DNA of 64,000 bases from positions 352,001 to 416,000 of the forward strand of contig JBOEGF010000005.1 of the NCBI GenBank assembly GCA_050633305.1, written 5' to 3'. The DNA comes from Nannocystales bacterium. GTDB lineage: Bacteria > Myxococcota_A > Polyangia > Nannocystales > Nannocystaceae. The notes beneath the pieces were generated by a model. The model did not search any database, was not told the DNA's origin, and saw nothing but the letters and a program-made list of their open reading frames with translations. Every line of letters begins with the position of its first letter. The stretch's first letter is position 1. The position numbers and the translations under genes were made by a program. Positions 19,557-29,392 of this stretch are shown piece by piece.

Positions 19557-20165
19557 ATGCGCCTTCGAATCCATCCTGAACGCCCCGCGCCGCGGAAGCT
19601 CGCACCGGCCATCGACGCCTTGCGCCGGGGCAGTGTCATCATCTACCCGACCGATACCGGCTATGCATTCGGCTGCGCCATGTCGAGCATCAAGGGCATC
19701 GCGGCGCTCCGAAAGCTCAAGGGCATTCACGAGAAACACGCAAAGCCGCTGACCATGCTCGTCAACGACCTGTCGCAGATCGGTCGCTACGGACACATGG
19801 GCAACAAGCACTTTCGTGTGGTCCGGCGTCTTCTGCCCGGGCCCTACACGATGATTCTTCCCGCGACGCAGGACATCCCGCGCAGCATGAAGAACCGCAA
19901 CCACGAGGTCGGGCTTCGCATGCCCAACTCTGCGATCTGCACCATGCTGGTCGACTTGCTCGAGGAGCCGCTGCTGACCGGATCCGTCACGCCCGGGGAG
20001 AGCGAGCCCGAACTCGAAGAGCCCGAAGACTTCGAGCGAATCCATGGCCGGGACGTCTCCGTGATCATCGACGCGGGTCCGCTATGGCCCGAGCCGAGCA
20101 CGGTCCTCCGGCTCTTCGACGACCAGATCGAAGTGCTCCGCGAAGGCCAGGGCGAGGTGCCCTGA
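19557..20165 (+). CDS. Sua5/YciO/YrdC family protein (threonylcarbamoyl-AMP synthase-like)
   Basis: IIYPTDTGYAFGC, LLPGPYT, VGLRMP, PSTVL. Confidence 0.9.
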   Translation: MRLRIHPERPAPRKLAPAIDALRRGSVIIYPTDTGYAFGCAMSSIKGIAALRKLKGIHEKHAKPLTMLVNDLSQIGRYGHMGNKHFRVVRRLLPGPYTMILPATQDIPRSMKNRNHEVGLRMPNSAICTMLVDLLEEPLLTGSVTPGESEPELEEPEDFERIHGRDVSVIIDAGPLWPEPSTVLRLFDDQIEVLREGQGEVP

Positions 20166-20176
20166 CCCTCTGCGAT

Positions 20177-20779
20177 CTATTCGACCTCGTGGGCCAAGCG
20201 CCGGATTCGTTCCATGCGCTTTTCCATCAGGGTGAGCTTGTCGGGGAGGATCGTCGCGATGAGTTTGTCGAAGCCCAGCGAGAAGAAGAAGTTGAGGTTG
20301 CGGAGCAGCCACAGGTCCAGCTGGGCCCGCTTGGCTTCGGGACCCACGCCGAACGTGAGGGGCTCCAGTTCTTCCACGCGGACATCGACCGCACCTCGGA
20401 ATCCGTGAACGGCGACCGGATCCAAGTCGGTGTGTAGGAACAGACAGATCCCCAGCCGGAGCATCTCCCGGTAGACCCGCAGCTGCCCGTCGAGCATCGC
20501 GAGGGCGGTCTTGACCGCGTCGGCATCGGTCATCGACTCTTCGAACCGATAGGCGCCGTCACCGATGGGTGCGCGTGCGCGAAAGATACAGACGGAGGCG
20601 GCTGCGGACCGAGCGTCGCGGGCTCCGTCGAGGATACGCTGGTCCGACTCGGACATGCCTACATCCGCGGGCGCGCGGTCCCGCGCAGACACGACGACGT
20701 CTTCAAGCGGGGTGATCACCAGGGCGGTCCGAGGTCCGCCAGGCGTCTCGATCTCAAGCGTGTCGAAGTCCATACTCAT
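20177..20779 (-). CDS. Hypothetical cytoplasmic protein
   Basis: MSMDFDTLEIETPGG...; protein-like composition; starts 5 bp after the stop of the upstream lipoprotein. Confidence 0.65.
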   Translation of the reverse strand: MSMDFDTLEIETPGGPRTALVITPLEDVVVSARDRAPADVGMSESDQRILDGARDARSAAASVCIFRARAPIGDGAYRFEESMTDADAVKTALAMLDGQLRVYREMLRLGICLFLHTDLDPVAVHGFRGAVDVRVEELEPLTFGVGPEAKRAQLDLWLLRNLNFFFSLGFDKLIATILPDKLTLMEKRMERIRRLAHEVE

Positions 20780-20784
20780 CGGCG

Positions 20785-21246
20785 TTACGCGGCCTGGCTT
20801 CGAATCCCAGGGACCACGACGCGAAGGGGCGGAAGGGGGTCGGTCGGTGTGCGGATGGCCCACAGCCCCAGGGTTCGCACGTGCGGCTCGAGTCCGCCGA
20901 TCGCGAAGGCAAAGCGCAAGACAGTCGACTCCCCGGCAGGGATGACGAACTCGGCCGGCTGACCCGTGAGTGCGAGGGGCGCAATCTCGAGGCCGTCGTC
21001 GTCGAGCAGCACGCCCTCGAGGTCGATGGTCACGGCGCTCGCTCCGGCGTTCGCGACGGCGCATTCCACAGTGAGTTGACGCTCTGCGTAGCGCGCCTCC
21101 ACCACGTCAATTCGAAGGTCGCGAACCTTCGCTTGGTGTTCGCCCTGTTTGAACGACAACACGAGGTCTTGGTTTCCCGCGCATGCGGTTGGCAGACCGA
21201 GGAGGAGTGCAGCCAGAGCGCCGAAGGCCGCTCTACGAACCGTCAT
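20785..21246 (-). CDS. Small lipoprotein with an Ig-like beta-sandwich (DUF4352-like)
   Basis: MTVRRAAFGALAALLLGLPTAC; motif IPAGESTVLRFAF. Confidence 0.65.
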   Translation of the reverse strand: MTVRRAAFGALAALLLGLPTACAGNQDLVLSFKQGEHQAKVRDLRIDVVEARYAERQLTVECAVANAGASAVTIDLEGVLLDDDGLEIAPLALTGQPAEFVIPAGESTVLRFAFAIGGLEPHVRTLGLWAIRTPTDPLPPLRVVVPGIRSQAA

Positions 21247-21270
21247 GGTTCCATGGTACACGGGCGGGCG

Positions 21271-22530
21271 ATGAAGCTCGCAATCCCGTCCTTCCAGTTC
21301 CGCTTCGTCCCGTCGATGGGCAACGTGGTGTTCCCCGGGAACTTCCATCCGGTTGGTACTCAGAAGGCCGCCGACGCGATGCTCGAGCGCGTTGGCGCCT
21401 GTGAGTCGCAAGGTGGGGAAAACTGGTTGGTCGTAGGCGGATCCGGTGGTTTCGGGAGCGCTGCGCGTGCGGTCTTGGGCGGGCGTCACGGCGCGAACAC
21501 ACTGAACGTCTCGCTTGATGCGCAGCCCACACCGGAGAGCAACAACAAGATTCGGAAGATCGGCTCCCCGGGATTCCACCGGACGTTCGCGCTGGAGCGT
21601 GGGCTGACCGAGCGTGGCACGAAGGCTGGCTCGATCATCGGCGACGCGTTCGACCCCGCGATTCGCGACGAGGTCGTCGCAACCATTCGTGAGAGCTTCG
21701 ACGGAAAGATCAACGGTCTGGTGTGGGCCCTGGCTGCACCTCGCGCCAAGGACCCCCGCACGGGGAAGACTGTGGCCAGCGCCCTGAAGCCGTTGGGAAA
21801 ACCGCTGAACGTCAAGACGTTCACGGGCCGGGACGAGAAGCGCGGCAAGGTCCCTCAAGTTGTCGAGATGGAGCTTCCGCCAGGCAGCCCCGAGGAAGCC
21901 ATCTCCACGATCTTCGTGATGGGCGGTGGCATCGTCCGTCAGTGGATCGACGTGCTCATGGCGGCTGACGTGCTCGCTGAGGGCTTTACGCTGTACACGA
22001 TCAGCTATCGAGGCAACCCCCTCAACGCGGGCATGTACCGCGATGGGCTGATCGGTCTCGCCAAGGCGGACCTCGAGTTCGAGACCGCCGTCCTCAACGC
22101 GCAACTCGAAGAGCGGGTGGGCGGCAAGGCTCTTGCGGTCGAGGGACCCGCCGTGGTCACCGAGGCATCCGGCGGCATCCCTGGCGTCCCGTTCTACCTG
22201 GCGCACATGCTCGAAGTGATGGGGGACAAGTTCGAAGACCCGTTGGCGTCCATGCAACGCATGTTCGCCGGGCACTTCGCCGAGGGTGGTCTCCCCACCG
22301 ACGATGACGGCTTGGTGCGAATGGACGATGTCGAGCTGCAGGAGGCTTTCCAGACCGAGCTCGCGTCTCGGTACGCGGCGGCCGAGGTTGGCTCGACCTT
22401 TGACGACGGGCTCTACGACAGCTTCATGTCGGAGTACTCGAAGACCCGCGGGTTCGACATCGCGGGCGTCGACTACGACGCCGAGTTCGACACGGACACC
22501 GTCTGCGGACTGCCGCCCTCCGAAGGGTGA
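21271..22530 (+). CDS. fabV: Enoyl-ACP/trans-2-enoyl-CoA reductase, FabV-like
   Basis: LVVGGSGGFG, GDAF, WALAAPRAKDP, SALKPLG, TIFVMGG, catalytic Y-x8-K (YRDGLIGLAK), AVVTEAS. Alternative start at 21316. Confidence 0.85.
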   Translation: MKLAIPSFQFRFVPSMGNVVFPGNFHPVGTQKAADAMLERVGACESQGGENWLVVGGSGGFGSAARAVLGGRHGANTLNVSLDAQPTPESNNKIRKIGSPGFHRTFALERGLTERGTKAGSIIGDAFDPAIRDEVVATIRESFDGKINGLVWALAAPRAKDPRTGKTVASALKPLGKPLNVKTFTGRDEKRGKVPQVVEMELPPGSPEEAISTIFVMGGGIVRQWIDVLMAADVLAEGFTLYTISYRGNPLNAGMYRDGLIGLAKADLEFETAVLNAQLEERVGGKALAVEGPAVVTEASGGIPGVPFYLAHMLEVMGDKFEDPLASMQRMFAGHFAEGGLPTDDDGLVRMDDVELQEAFQTELASRYAAAEVGSTFDDGLYDSFMSEYSKTRGFDIAGVDYDAEFDTDTVCGLPPSEG

Positions 22531-22637
22531 ACCGACGGTACCGCGAGCGGTTGGACCTATCCGTCCAACCACGACGGCGCGTGCTGAGAGTGCATCCCGC
22601 AGCGCCATCGTGAGGGCCGTGTCATGATGCTCGGTGC

Positions 22638-24254
22638 ATGAACGGGCAGGGCGACGTGGGGACGGTGGCGGGCAGCGATGTCGCGACCTTCGCTGATGCC
22701 CCGCAGCCCGACATCACGCACGAGCGTGTCTCGCCGATGGGCCCGACGACGGCCGGGATCATCGGGCGAGAGATTCTCGGGCAGTACCGCGTCATCTCGA
22801 AGCTGGGTCGCGGGGGCATGGGCACGGTGTTCTTGGCCGAACAGCCGGGCATGAACCGGCAGGTGGCCATCAAGGTCCTGCACGCCGACGTGAGTTCCGA
22901 GCCCGATGCGGCCCGGCGATTTCAGGTCGAAGCCGAGGCCGCCGCGAGGCTTGCCAGCCCGCACATCGTTTCTGTCTACAACTTCGGTCGGCTTGAATCT
23001 GGCGAGCTGTACCTCGCGATGGAGTTCCTCCAGGGGCGAACCCTGCAGGCGGAGCTGGCAACGTACGGCCGCCTTGCGTTGGAGCAGGTTGTCGACTTGG
23101 TGCAGCAGATCGCACGCGGTCTCGACGAGGCGCACCGCAAAGGCGTGATTCACCGCGACCTGAAACCGGGGAACATCATGGTGGTTCGCGGGGCGGATGG
23201 GGATGTCGCCAAGCTGCTGGACTTCGGCATTGCCAAGCTGGATGCAGGCTCAGGGACACAAACCCGGGGGTGGGTGGGTACGCCTCGGTACATGGCGCCC
23301 GAGCAATTCACCGGCGCTGCGATCGACGCGCGGACCGACATCTACGCCCTGGGTCTGATCACCTACGAGATGCTGTGTGGCCGCACGCCGTTCGTCTCCG
23401 ACAACCCGATGAGCTACGTGCACAGCCACGTCTATTCGGCGGTGCCAAGCCTGCAGGAGCTCGTTCCGGGGATGGTTCCGCCGGCGGTGGAGCGCGTGGT
23501 CCTCTCTGCGTTGGCGAAAGACCCCGGCGGACGTCCGCACAGCGCGTCGGCGTTTGCGGATGCGCTGCGAGCCTCACTGCATACGGCTCCACGCGCGCCC
23601 GAGGACCCCTCGGTACTACCCATCGTCCTCGCAGCGGGTTTGGGTGTTGCCGCTGTTGCCGGGTTGGGGTGGTGGGCACTCTCGCAGTGGGGCACTTCCG
23701 GTGCGGATGTCGATGTGCCCTCGCCGGAAGCCGCGGTCGAGCCGGATTCGTCCGGGGCTCCCCCTGCCGCGGAGCCAGGGCTACACGTGCCTCAGGTTCC
23801 CGCCGACGAGGGCTTCGACCCTGCCTACGTCGCGACGCTTCCGGAGGCATTCAAGGCGCTGGTGGACCTCGATGAGGTTGAGCTCCTCAAACGCCTGGAC
23901 GCGCGGATGTCTGTGTACCCCCCGAGCATGCGTTCCCAGATCCGCGGGCAGTACACCCTGCAGCTCGCCGCGATGCCGCGCGAGCCCGCGACGCCTCGCC
24001 GAGCGATGCTGATCAACGCGATTGTCGGAATGGACACCGCGCAGAAGTATTTGCCCGAGGATCCGCGGACGACCAAGGAGCTGGTCGCTGACTACCTCTC
24101 TCGTCCGGGCCCAATCCCAAGGGCGAGTCGACAGGAGATCATCGACAACATGCGGGCTGCGGTTCGCGAGGAGGCTGATCGAGACTGGACCGTCCGTCAG
24201 TGGCTGATCAGCCTCGAGGAGCACGAGTCGAAGACCGAATCGGACGGCGCCTAG
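22638..24254 (+). CDS. Transmembrane Ser/Thr protein kinase
   Basis: GRGGMGTVF, VAIKVL, HRDLKPGN, DFG, GTPRYMAPE, TM segment, helical extracytoplasmic domain. Confidence 0.93.
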   Translation: MNGQGDVGTVAGSDVATFADAPQPDITHERVSPMGPTTAGIIGREILGQYRVISKLGRGGMGTVFLAEQPGMNRQVAIKVLHADVSSEPDAARRFQVEAEAAARLASPHIVSVYNFGRLESGELYLAMEFLQGRTLQAELATYGRLALEQVVDLVQQIARGLDEAHRKGVIHRDLKPGNIMVVRGADGDVAKLLDFGIAKLDAGSGTQTRGWVGTPRYMAPEQFTGAAIDARTDIYALGLITYEMLCGRTPFVSDNPMSYVHSHVYSAVPSLQELVPGMVPPAVERVVLSALAKDPGGRPHSASAFADALRASLHTAPRAPEDPSVLPIVLAAGLGVAAVAGLGWWALSQWGTSGADVDVPSPEAAVEPDSSGAPPAAEPGLHVPQVPADEGFDPAYVATLPEAFKALVDLDEVELLKRLDARMSVYPPSMRSQIRGQYTLQLAAMPREPATPRRAMLINAIVGMDTAQKYLPEDPRTTKELVADYLSRPGPIPRASRQEIIDNMRAAVREEADRDWTVRQWLISLEEHESKTESDGA

Positions 24255-24853
24255 AGTCCGCGGAGCGTCCCGGCGGCGGCGTCCAGGTCGAAGTCTTGGC
24301 CCGGAGCCATGAGCCGCTCGATCGCTTCTTGGAGTTTGCCTCGTGCCCGGTGGAGCCGGACCCGGACCGCTCCCGCGGTGATTTGCAGGACCACAGCGAT
24401 CTCCGGACCGCTGAGGGCTTCCCAGTAGAACAGCTCGAGCAGCGTCTGCTCGTCGACCGACACCTGCTGGAGCGCGAGCAACAGCAGTTCGTGTTCCTGC
24501 CGTGCCGCGACGATTGAACTCGGTGTCATGCCCATGGCGGCGACTGAGGAGACGCCAAGATCTTCGTCGAGCAGGTTGCGCTGGCTGGTGCGCGAGCGGA
24601 AGAACTTGAAGAGCTGGTTGCGGGCGATCGCAAACAGAAACGTGCGAAACGAGGCGTCCTCGCGGAAGCGCTCCTGGCTCTCGACGCAGCCGACGAACGT
24701 GCGTTGAATGAGATCCTCGACGTCGTCCGGCGAAACCTTGTTGCGGAAGAACCGGCGCACCGAGGCGAAATGGCGTCGGAACAGGGCATTGCCGGCATCT
24801 GCGTTGCCTGCCCGCCACTGCCCAAGCAGCGTTCGATCATCCTCCTGCACCAT
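24251..24853 (-). CDS. ECF (sigma-70 group 4) sigma factor
   Basis: DRTLLGQWRAGNADAGNALF, EDLIQRTF, SFRTFLFAIARN, region 4 EIAVVLQITAGAVRVRLHRAR. Confidence 0.9.
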   Translation of the reverse strand: MVQEDDRTLLGQWRAGNADAGNALFRRHFASVRRFFRNKVSPDDVEDLIQRTFVGCVESQERFREDASFRTFLFAIARNQLFKFFRSRTSQRNLLDEDLGVSSVAAMGMTPSSIVAARQEHELLLLALQQVSVDEQTLLELFYWEALSGPEIAVVLQITAGAVRVRLHRARGKLQEAIERLMAPGQDFDLDAAAGTLRGL

Positions 24854-24959
24854 GCGCCGAGGCTTCGAGCGTACAACGCGGGAGGAGGTCGAGCAGACGC
24901 GTTCTGTTGTTCTTGTCGCCAGCCGCTCGAATTCGGCCCTTGACGGCCCGCTTAGACAT

Positions 24960-24975
24960 GTGACCAAATGGTCAC
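24960..24975 (+). promoter_or_regulatory. Palindromic ArsR-type operator
   Basis: Perfect inverted repeat GTGACC-AAAT-GGTCAC, 3 bp before the TTG start of the ArsR gene. TTGACG at 24940-24945. Confidence 0.65.
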
Positions 24976-24978
24976 GCT

Positions 24979-25770
24979 TTGACTCCGGACGACAACGGGC
25001 TCTGGAAAGCCCTCGGCGACCCGACCCGACGTGCGTTGCTCGACCACCTTCGAGCCGGCCCACGCACGACGGGCGCGTTGTGTGCGGAGTTCGACATGAG
25101 TCGGTTTGGGGTGATGAAGCACCTCAAGCAGCTCGAGGAGGCCGGGTTGGTTCTGGTGCGTCGCCAGGGCCGACAACGCTTCAACCACCTCAACGCCGTC
25201 CCGATCGAGCGCATCGCGCAGCGATGGATGGGCCGGCTTACCCGAGACTCGGCGCGGCGTTTGCTCGCGCTCGAGGAGCACCTCGAACAAACACGAGAGC
25301 CAGACACGATGAGCAACCAACCGTCCTTCAGTTTTCACATCGAGCAAGCCATCACCCTGAACGCACCACCCGAGCGGGTCTGGCGGGCGATCACCCACGA
25401 GGTCGCGTCATGGTGGGGATTCCACATCGGGCCCAGCGATTCGGAGATCACGCTCGAACCACGCGTGGGCGGGCAGTTCATCGAACGCTGGGGGGACGGA
25501 GAGGGCGAACTCTACGCGACCGTCACGTTCATGCGTGCGGGCAAGAAGATCACGCTGGAGGGCGGGATGGGGCTTGGGGGTCCTGGATTCAGCAAGTTCA
25601 GCTACGCGCTCGAAGCGAGCGGTGAGGGCACCGTGGTGAGCTTCAACCACTACTGCCATGGGGCGGCAACCCCTGACGTCGAGGCGAGTTTTCGCGAAGG
25701 TTGGGCAGCTCTACTCGGCGAGAGCCTCCCAGCCTGGGTGCACGACGGCAAAGTTGCCGAGCCCGGCTGA
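24979..25770 (+). CDS. ArsR/SmtB HTH regulator fused to SRPBCC (AHSA1-like) domain
   Basis: KALGDPTRRALL...MSRFGVMKHLKQLEEAGLV, then IEQAITLNAPPERVWRAIT...GWAALL in the same frame. Confidence 0.88.
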   Translation: MTPDDNGLWKALGDPTRRALLDHLRAGPRTTGALCAEFDMSRFGVMKHLKQLEEAGLVLVRRQGRQRFNHLNAVPIERIAQRWMGRLTRDSARRLLALEEHLEQTREPDTMSNQPSFSFHIEQAITLNAPPERVWRAITHEVASWWGFHIGPSDSEITLEPRVGGQFIERWGDGEGELYATVTFMRAGKKITLEGGMGLGGPGFSKFSYALEASGEGTVVSFNHYCHGAATPDVEASFREGWAALLGESLPAWVHDGKVAEPG

Positions 25771-25858
25771 TCCCCGCGACGACACTCGCCAGCGTCGAAG
25801 TGAAAGAGGCACCGTGCGAATGCGACGGTGCCTCTGTACGTGAGCGCGGAGCGTTCGG

Positions 25859-26173
25859 CTAGACTTCGCCGTTCTTCGCCTTGACGATCCACTTCTCGAT
25901 TTCGCCGCCGACCACCTTCTCGATCTTGCCTTCGAACGGCTTGAAGATGAATGGGATCTTGCCTTCGATGCGAACCTCGTCGTCCGTGATTTCGAAGTCG
26001 GTGTTGAGGGACTTCTTCATCACCGAGAACGAAACGGTGGCGTTCCGGTCGTCCTTCCAGGTGAGGCTCGGGCTGTACTCCGAAAGCCGTTCTTTGTAGG
26101 AATCGTAGGCCTTCTCGATGACGGCTTTCACCCGGTCGAGGTCGTCGATCCCGTGCTTGGTGACGTATTTCAT
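25859..26173 (-). CDS. Polyhydroxyalkanoic acid system (PHA_gran_rgn-like) protein
   Basis: 104 aa; EVRIEGKIPFIFKPFEGKIEKVV pattern typical of this family. Confidence 0.7.
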   Translation of the reverse strand: MKYVTKHGIDDLDRVKAVIEKAYDSYKERLSEYSPSLTWKDDRNATVSFSVMKKSLNTDFEITDDEVRIEGKIPFIFKPFEGKIEKVVGGEIEKWIVKAKNGEV

Positions 26174-26373
26174 GTTCGTGTTCCAGGCGGCACGAGACGC
26201 CGCCTGGCGAAACTATAGCAACCGAGCGCACCCATTCGACAGCTGCGAGTGCGAGAACCCATCTAGGCCATCCGCCTGGCCGCGTGGGGCCCGCTGAGAC
26301 GCCCGTGGGCCGGGGACTCAAATCGTCTGACGAGCAGGCGTTCCCTGCACACTAGGGCTATCGTGCGCTCCGC

Positions 26374-29300
26374 ATGGCCTCGATGGGTTCTTCCAAGCGA
26401 TGGCGCTTGCTGTTCCTGCTGTTCTTCGCTTCGGGGGTCAGTGGTCTGATCTACGAGTCGATCTGGTCGCGGTACATCAAGCAGCTCGTCGGGAGCGCTG
26501 CCGAGGCGCAGATCCTGGTCCTCAGCCTGTTCATGGGAGGCATGTCCCTGGGAGCGTTGCTCTCGGGGCGGTTGTTGGCGCGGGTTCGGGTCCCGATCGT
26601 CGCCTACGGTGTCATCGAGGGATTGATCGGCTTGTACGCGTTGGCGTTCCCGTACCTCTTCGCGTTCACCTCGCGCGTCGCCTACGACACCGTGTTTCCA
26701 GCGTTGGGCGGAGGGTCGTCGGTGTTGCTGGCCAAGTGGGTCATCGCTGCGTTGCTCATCGTCCCTCCGTGCCTTCTGCTAGGGATGACGTTCCCGCTGA
26801 TGTCCGTGGGAATTCTACGGCGGGAGAAACGGCGGTCGGGCGAGGTGTTGGCGGTGCTGTATTTCTCCAACTCGCTTGGTGCTGCGTTCGGAGCGCTGCT
26901 CAGCGGGTTCGCGCTCGTGCCGTGGCTGGGGTTGCCCGGCGCGTTGATGGTCGGCGCTGCCGTGAACCTCGTGATCATGGTGGTTGCCGTGCGCGATCGG
27001 GAGGTCGCCGAGCCGATCGCCGAGAATTCGGAGCCGGGCGGGAACGGCGGGCACATGGTGTTGCTGTACCTGGCAGTGGCGTTCGGGACCGGGCTCTCCT
27101 CGTTTCTCTACGAGGTCGGATGGATTCGTCTGTTGTCGATGGTCCTCGGAAGCGCGACGCACTCGTTCGAGGTGATGCTGTCCGCGTTTGTCTTCGGTCT
27201 TGCGCTCGGCGGGTTCTGGGTACGCAAGCGGATGGACAAGTTCAAGCGGCCGGAGCTCACGCTGGCGATCGTTCAGATCATCATGGGCGTGTGTGCCGTC
27301 GCGACGTTGCCCGCGTACGAAGTCGCGGTGGAGGCGATGGCGTGGTTGCTGAGCCCCGCCGAGCGCACGGTGTCCCTGTGGTACCAGTTCAACGTCCTGC
27401 GTTACCTGCTGTGCTTGCTGATCATGCTCCCGGCCACGTTCTGCGCAGGCATGACACTTCCACTGCTCACCCACTTGATGCTGGGCCGCGGACAGTCGGA
27501 GGCGGTTGTGGGTCGGGTCTACGGGGTGAACACGCTCGGGGCGATCACCGGCGCGACGCTGGGCGGGTTGGTGCTCATGCCGTTGCTTCGCCTGCAGGGG
27601 TTGATCGTCATCGGAGCCCTTGCGGACATGCTCCTGGGGATCGCCCTAATCCGGGGAGAGATTCGCCAGGGGAGGGCCAACGCGCTCACGCCCAAGCTCC
27701 TACGAACCGCCACCATCGGCGCCGTGTTGGTGACCGTGTCTGGGCTCCTCATCAAGCTTGATCCGATGGTGCTGACCTCGACGGTGTTTCGGAAGAGCCG
27801 CACATCGCTGCCCGACTCGTTCGAGGTGCTCAGCTACGTGGATGGCCGTACCGCGACCGTCGCCGTGGTCGAGAACATCCACTATCCCGGGTACCGGATC
27901 ATCTACACCAACGGAAAACCGGACGCCTCGGTCATCCTCAACCGTTGGCCACAGGACCGCGATCCGCTCGATGGCCCCGACATCGCCGGCGATGAACCGA
28001 ACCAGTTCTTGGTCGGGCTGGTCCCGCTCATGGTCCGCCCCGATGCCAAGAACGCTGCGCTGATCGGATTCGGCTCGGGTGTCACGTGCCACACCGTGCT
28101 TGGCTCGCCCACCCTAGAGCGGCTCGACACCGTTGAGATTGAGCCGGAGATGGTCGAGGGGTCCAAGTTCTTCCGGGCGGTGAACTGGCGGGCATACGAC
28201 GACGAGCGCAGCCACATCCACTTCGACGACGCGAAGGCCTTCTTCGCCAGTTCTGGCATCAAGTACGACTTCATCGTCTCCGAGCCCACAAACCCCTGGG
28301 TAAGCGGGGTCTCGAGCTTGTTCACGGTCGAGTTCTACCAAGAGACCAAACGCTACCTCGCCGAGGATGGCGTGCTTGCGCAGTGGCTTCAGGGGTACGA
28401 ACTCTCCGACGACCTGCTCATCAGTGTTCTCGCCGCGCTGGATCAGGAGTTCGAGGACTATCTGATCGTGCGGATCGGCTCGCGCGACTGGGTGATTCTC
28501 TCGTCCCCCAAAGGACGTATCGGCCCGCTTTCGAACGAGCCCCTCTCTTGGCCTGGAGCGCACGAGAGCTTCTCGCTGCTTGGGATTCACGACATCGCTC
28601 AGATCGACGGGCTCATCGTCGCCAACCGACAGCTCTTGCACCCCTTCCTTCGGGACCGCCAGCCCAACCGCGACAGTCACCCCATCCTCGATACCGGAGC
28701 CGAGCGCGAGCGGTTCCTTCGCTCGTCGGCCGAGTTCTTGCACAAACTCCGTTTTTCGCCCGCCCCGTTGACGGAGACACTGGCTTCGGTGGAGCGCCGA
28801 CCCTACCCGCTCTCGGGGATCGGGGACCTTCGAAAGCCTCACATCCTGTACGAGTCCGAGCAGGCGGTCCTGTTGATGCGGCGCTACGTGGACCCCGGAG
28901 CCCCTGTTCCGGCGACCATGTCCGCGGCTGCGATGGACCACTGGCAGTCGATGACGCGGTTTATCGACAGTGACCCCGAGCCCTGGTCGCGCTGGATGTA
29001 CGCCACGTACGAAATCTACGCGCAGGTGGCCTCCCATCTTCCGATTCACGAGACGCCGTTTTGGCAGCACGTCCGCACGCTCATGTTGCGGGACGATGTG
29101 CCCCCTCAGGTTCGGGATGCGGTCGCGCTGTTGACCGATTTGTCGAGACGGGACGGTGAATCGCTGCTGCCCTTGGTCCAACGATCCTTGGAGTCTGAGG
29201 GGTTTCCTCTGCCGTTGGAACTTCGGACGATCGCTGGCGTGGTGGCGTTGGAGGAGACGAGTGCCTCACCAGCCGAGCGACAGGCGTTCGTCGACCGTTG

Positions 29301-29379
29301 GATGATGGATGTCGCGACGGGGAACAGCAGCGAAGACCTGGCGTACCAGGTTGTCCGTGCCTACGCGGCTCGAGAGTAG
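26374..29379 (+). CDS. Fused MFS-like membrane domain / spermidine synthase-like protein
   Basis: SGVSGLIYE and LSSFLYE duplicated TM halves; NGKPDAS, IGFGSGVT, VEIEPEMV, DFIVSEPTNPW. Confidence 0.88.
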   Translation: MASMGSSKRWRLLFLLFFASGVSGLIYESIWSRYIKQLVGSAAEAQILVLSLFMGGMSLGALLSGRLLARVRVPIVAYGVIEGLIGLYALAFPYLFAFTSRVAYDTVFPALGGGSSVLLAKWVIAALLIVPPCLLLGMTFPLMSVGILRREKRRSGEVLAVLYFSNSLGAAFGALLSGFALVPWLGLPGALMVGAAVNLVIMVVAVRDREVAEPIAENSEPGGNGGHMVLLYLAVAFGTGLSSFLYEVGWIRLLSMVLGSATHSFEVMLSAFVFGLALGGFWVRKRMDKFKRPELTLAIVQIIMGVCAVATLPAYEVAVEAMAWLLSPAERTVSLWYQFNVLRYLLCLLIMLPATFCAGMTLPLLTHLMLGRGQSEAVVGRVYGVNTLGAITGATLGGLVLMPLLRLQGLIVIGALADMLLGIALIRGEIRQGRANALTPKLLRTATIGAVLVTVSGLLIKLDPMVLTSTVFRKSRTSLPDSFEVLSYVDGRTATVAVVENIHYPGYRIIYTNGKPDASVILNRWPQDRDPLDGPDIAGDEPNQFLVGLVPLMVRPDAKNAALIGFGSGVTCHTVLGSPTLERLDTVEIEPEMVEGSKFFRAVNWRAYDDERSHIHFDDAKAFFASSGIKYDFIVSEPTNPWVSGVSSLFTVEFYQETKRYLAEDGVLAQWLQGYELSDDLLISVLAALDQEFEDYLIVRIGSRDWVILSSPKGRIGPLSNEPLSWPGAHESFSLLGIHDIAQIDGLIVANRQLLHPFLRDRQPNRDSHPILDTGAERERFLRSSAEFLHKLRFSPAPLTETLASVERRPYPLSGIGDLRKPHILYESEQAVLLMRRYVDPGAPVPATMSAAAMDHWQSMTRFIDSDPEPWSRWMYATYEIYAQVASHLPIHETPFWQHVRTLMLRDDVPPQVRDAVALLTDLSRRDGESLLPLVQRSLESEGFPLPLELRTIAGVVALEETSASPAERQAFVDRWMMDVATGNSSEDLAYQVVRAYAARE

Positions 29380-29392
29380 GCGCGCGGCGGGC

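Noticed and set aside
20785..22608. 607-aa minus-strand ORF
   Set aside because: Mostly the antisense shadow of the fabV-like gene. Only the last 153 aa look like a real lipoprotein.
26374..29379. Bona fide spermidine synthase (speE)
   Set aside because: The catalytic-loop region reads SEPTNPW rather than the Asp-containing SpeE motif, so no gene symbol was assigned.
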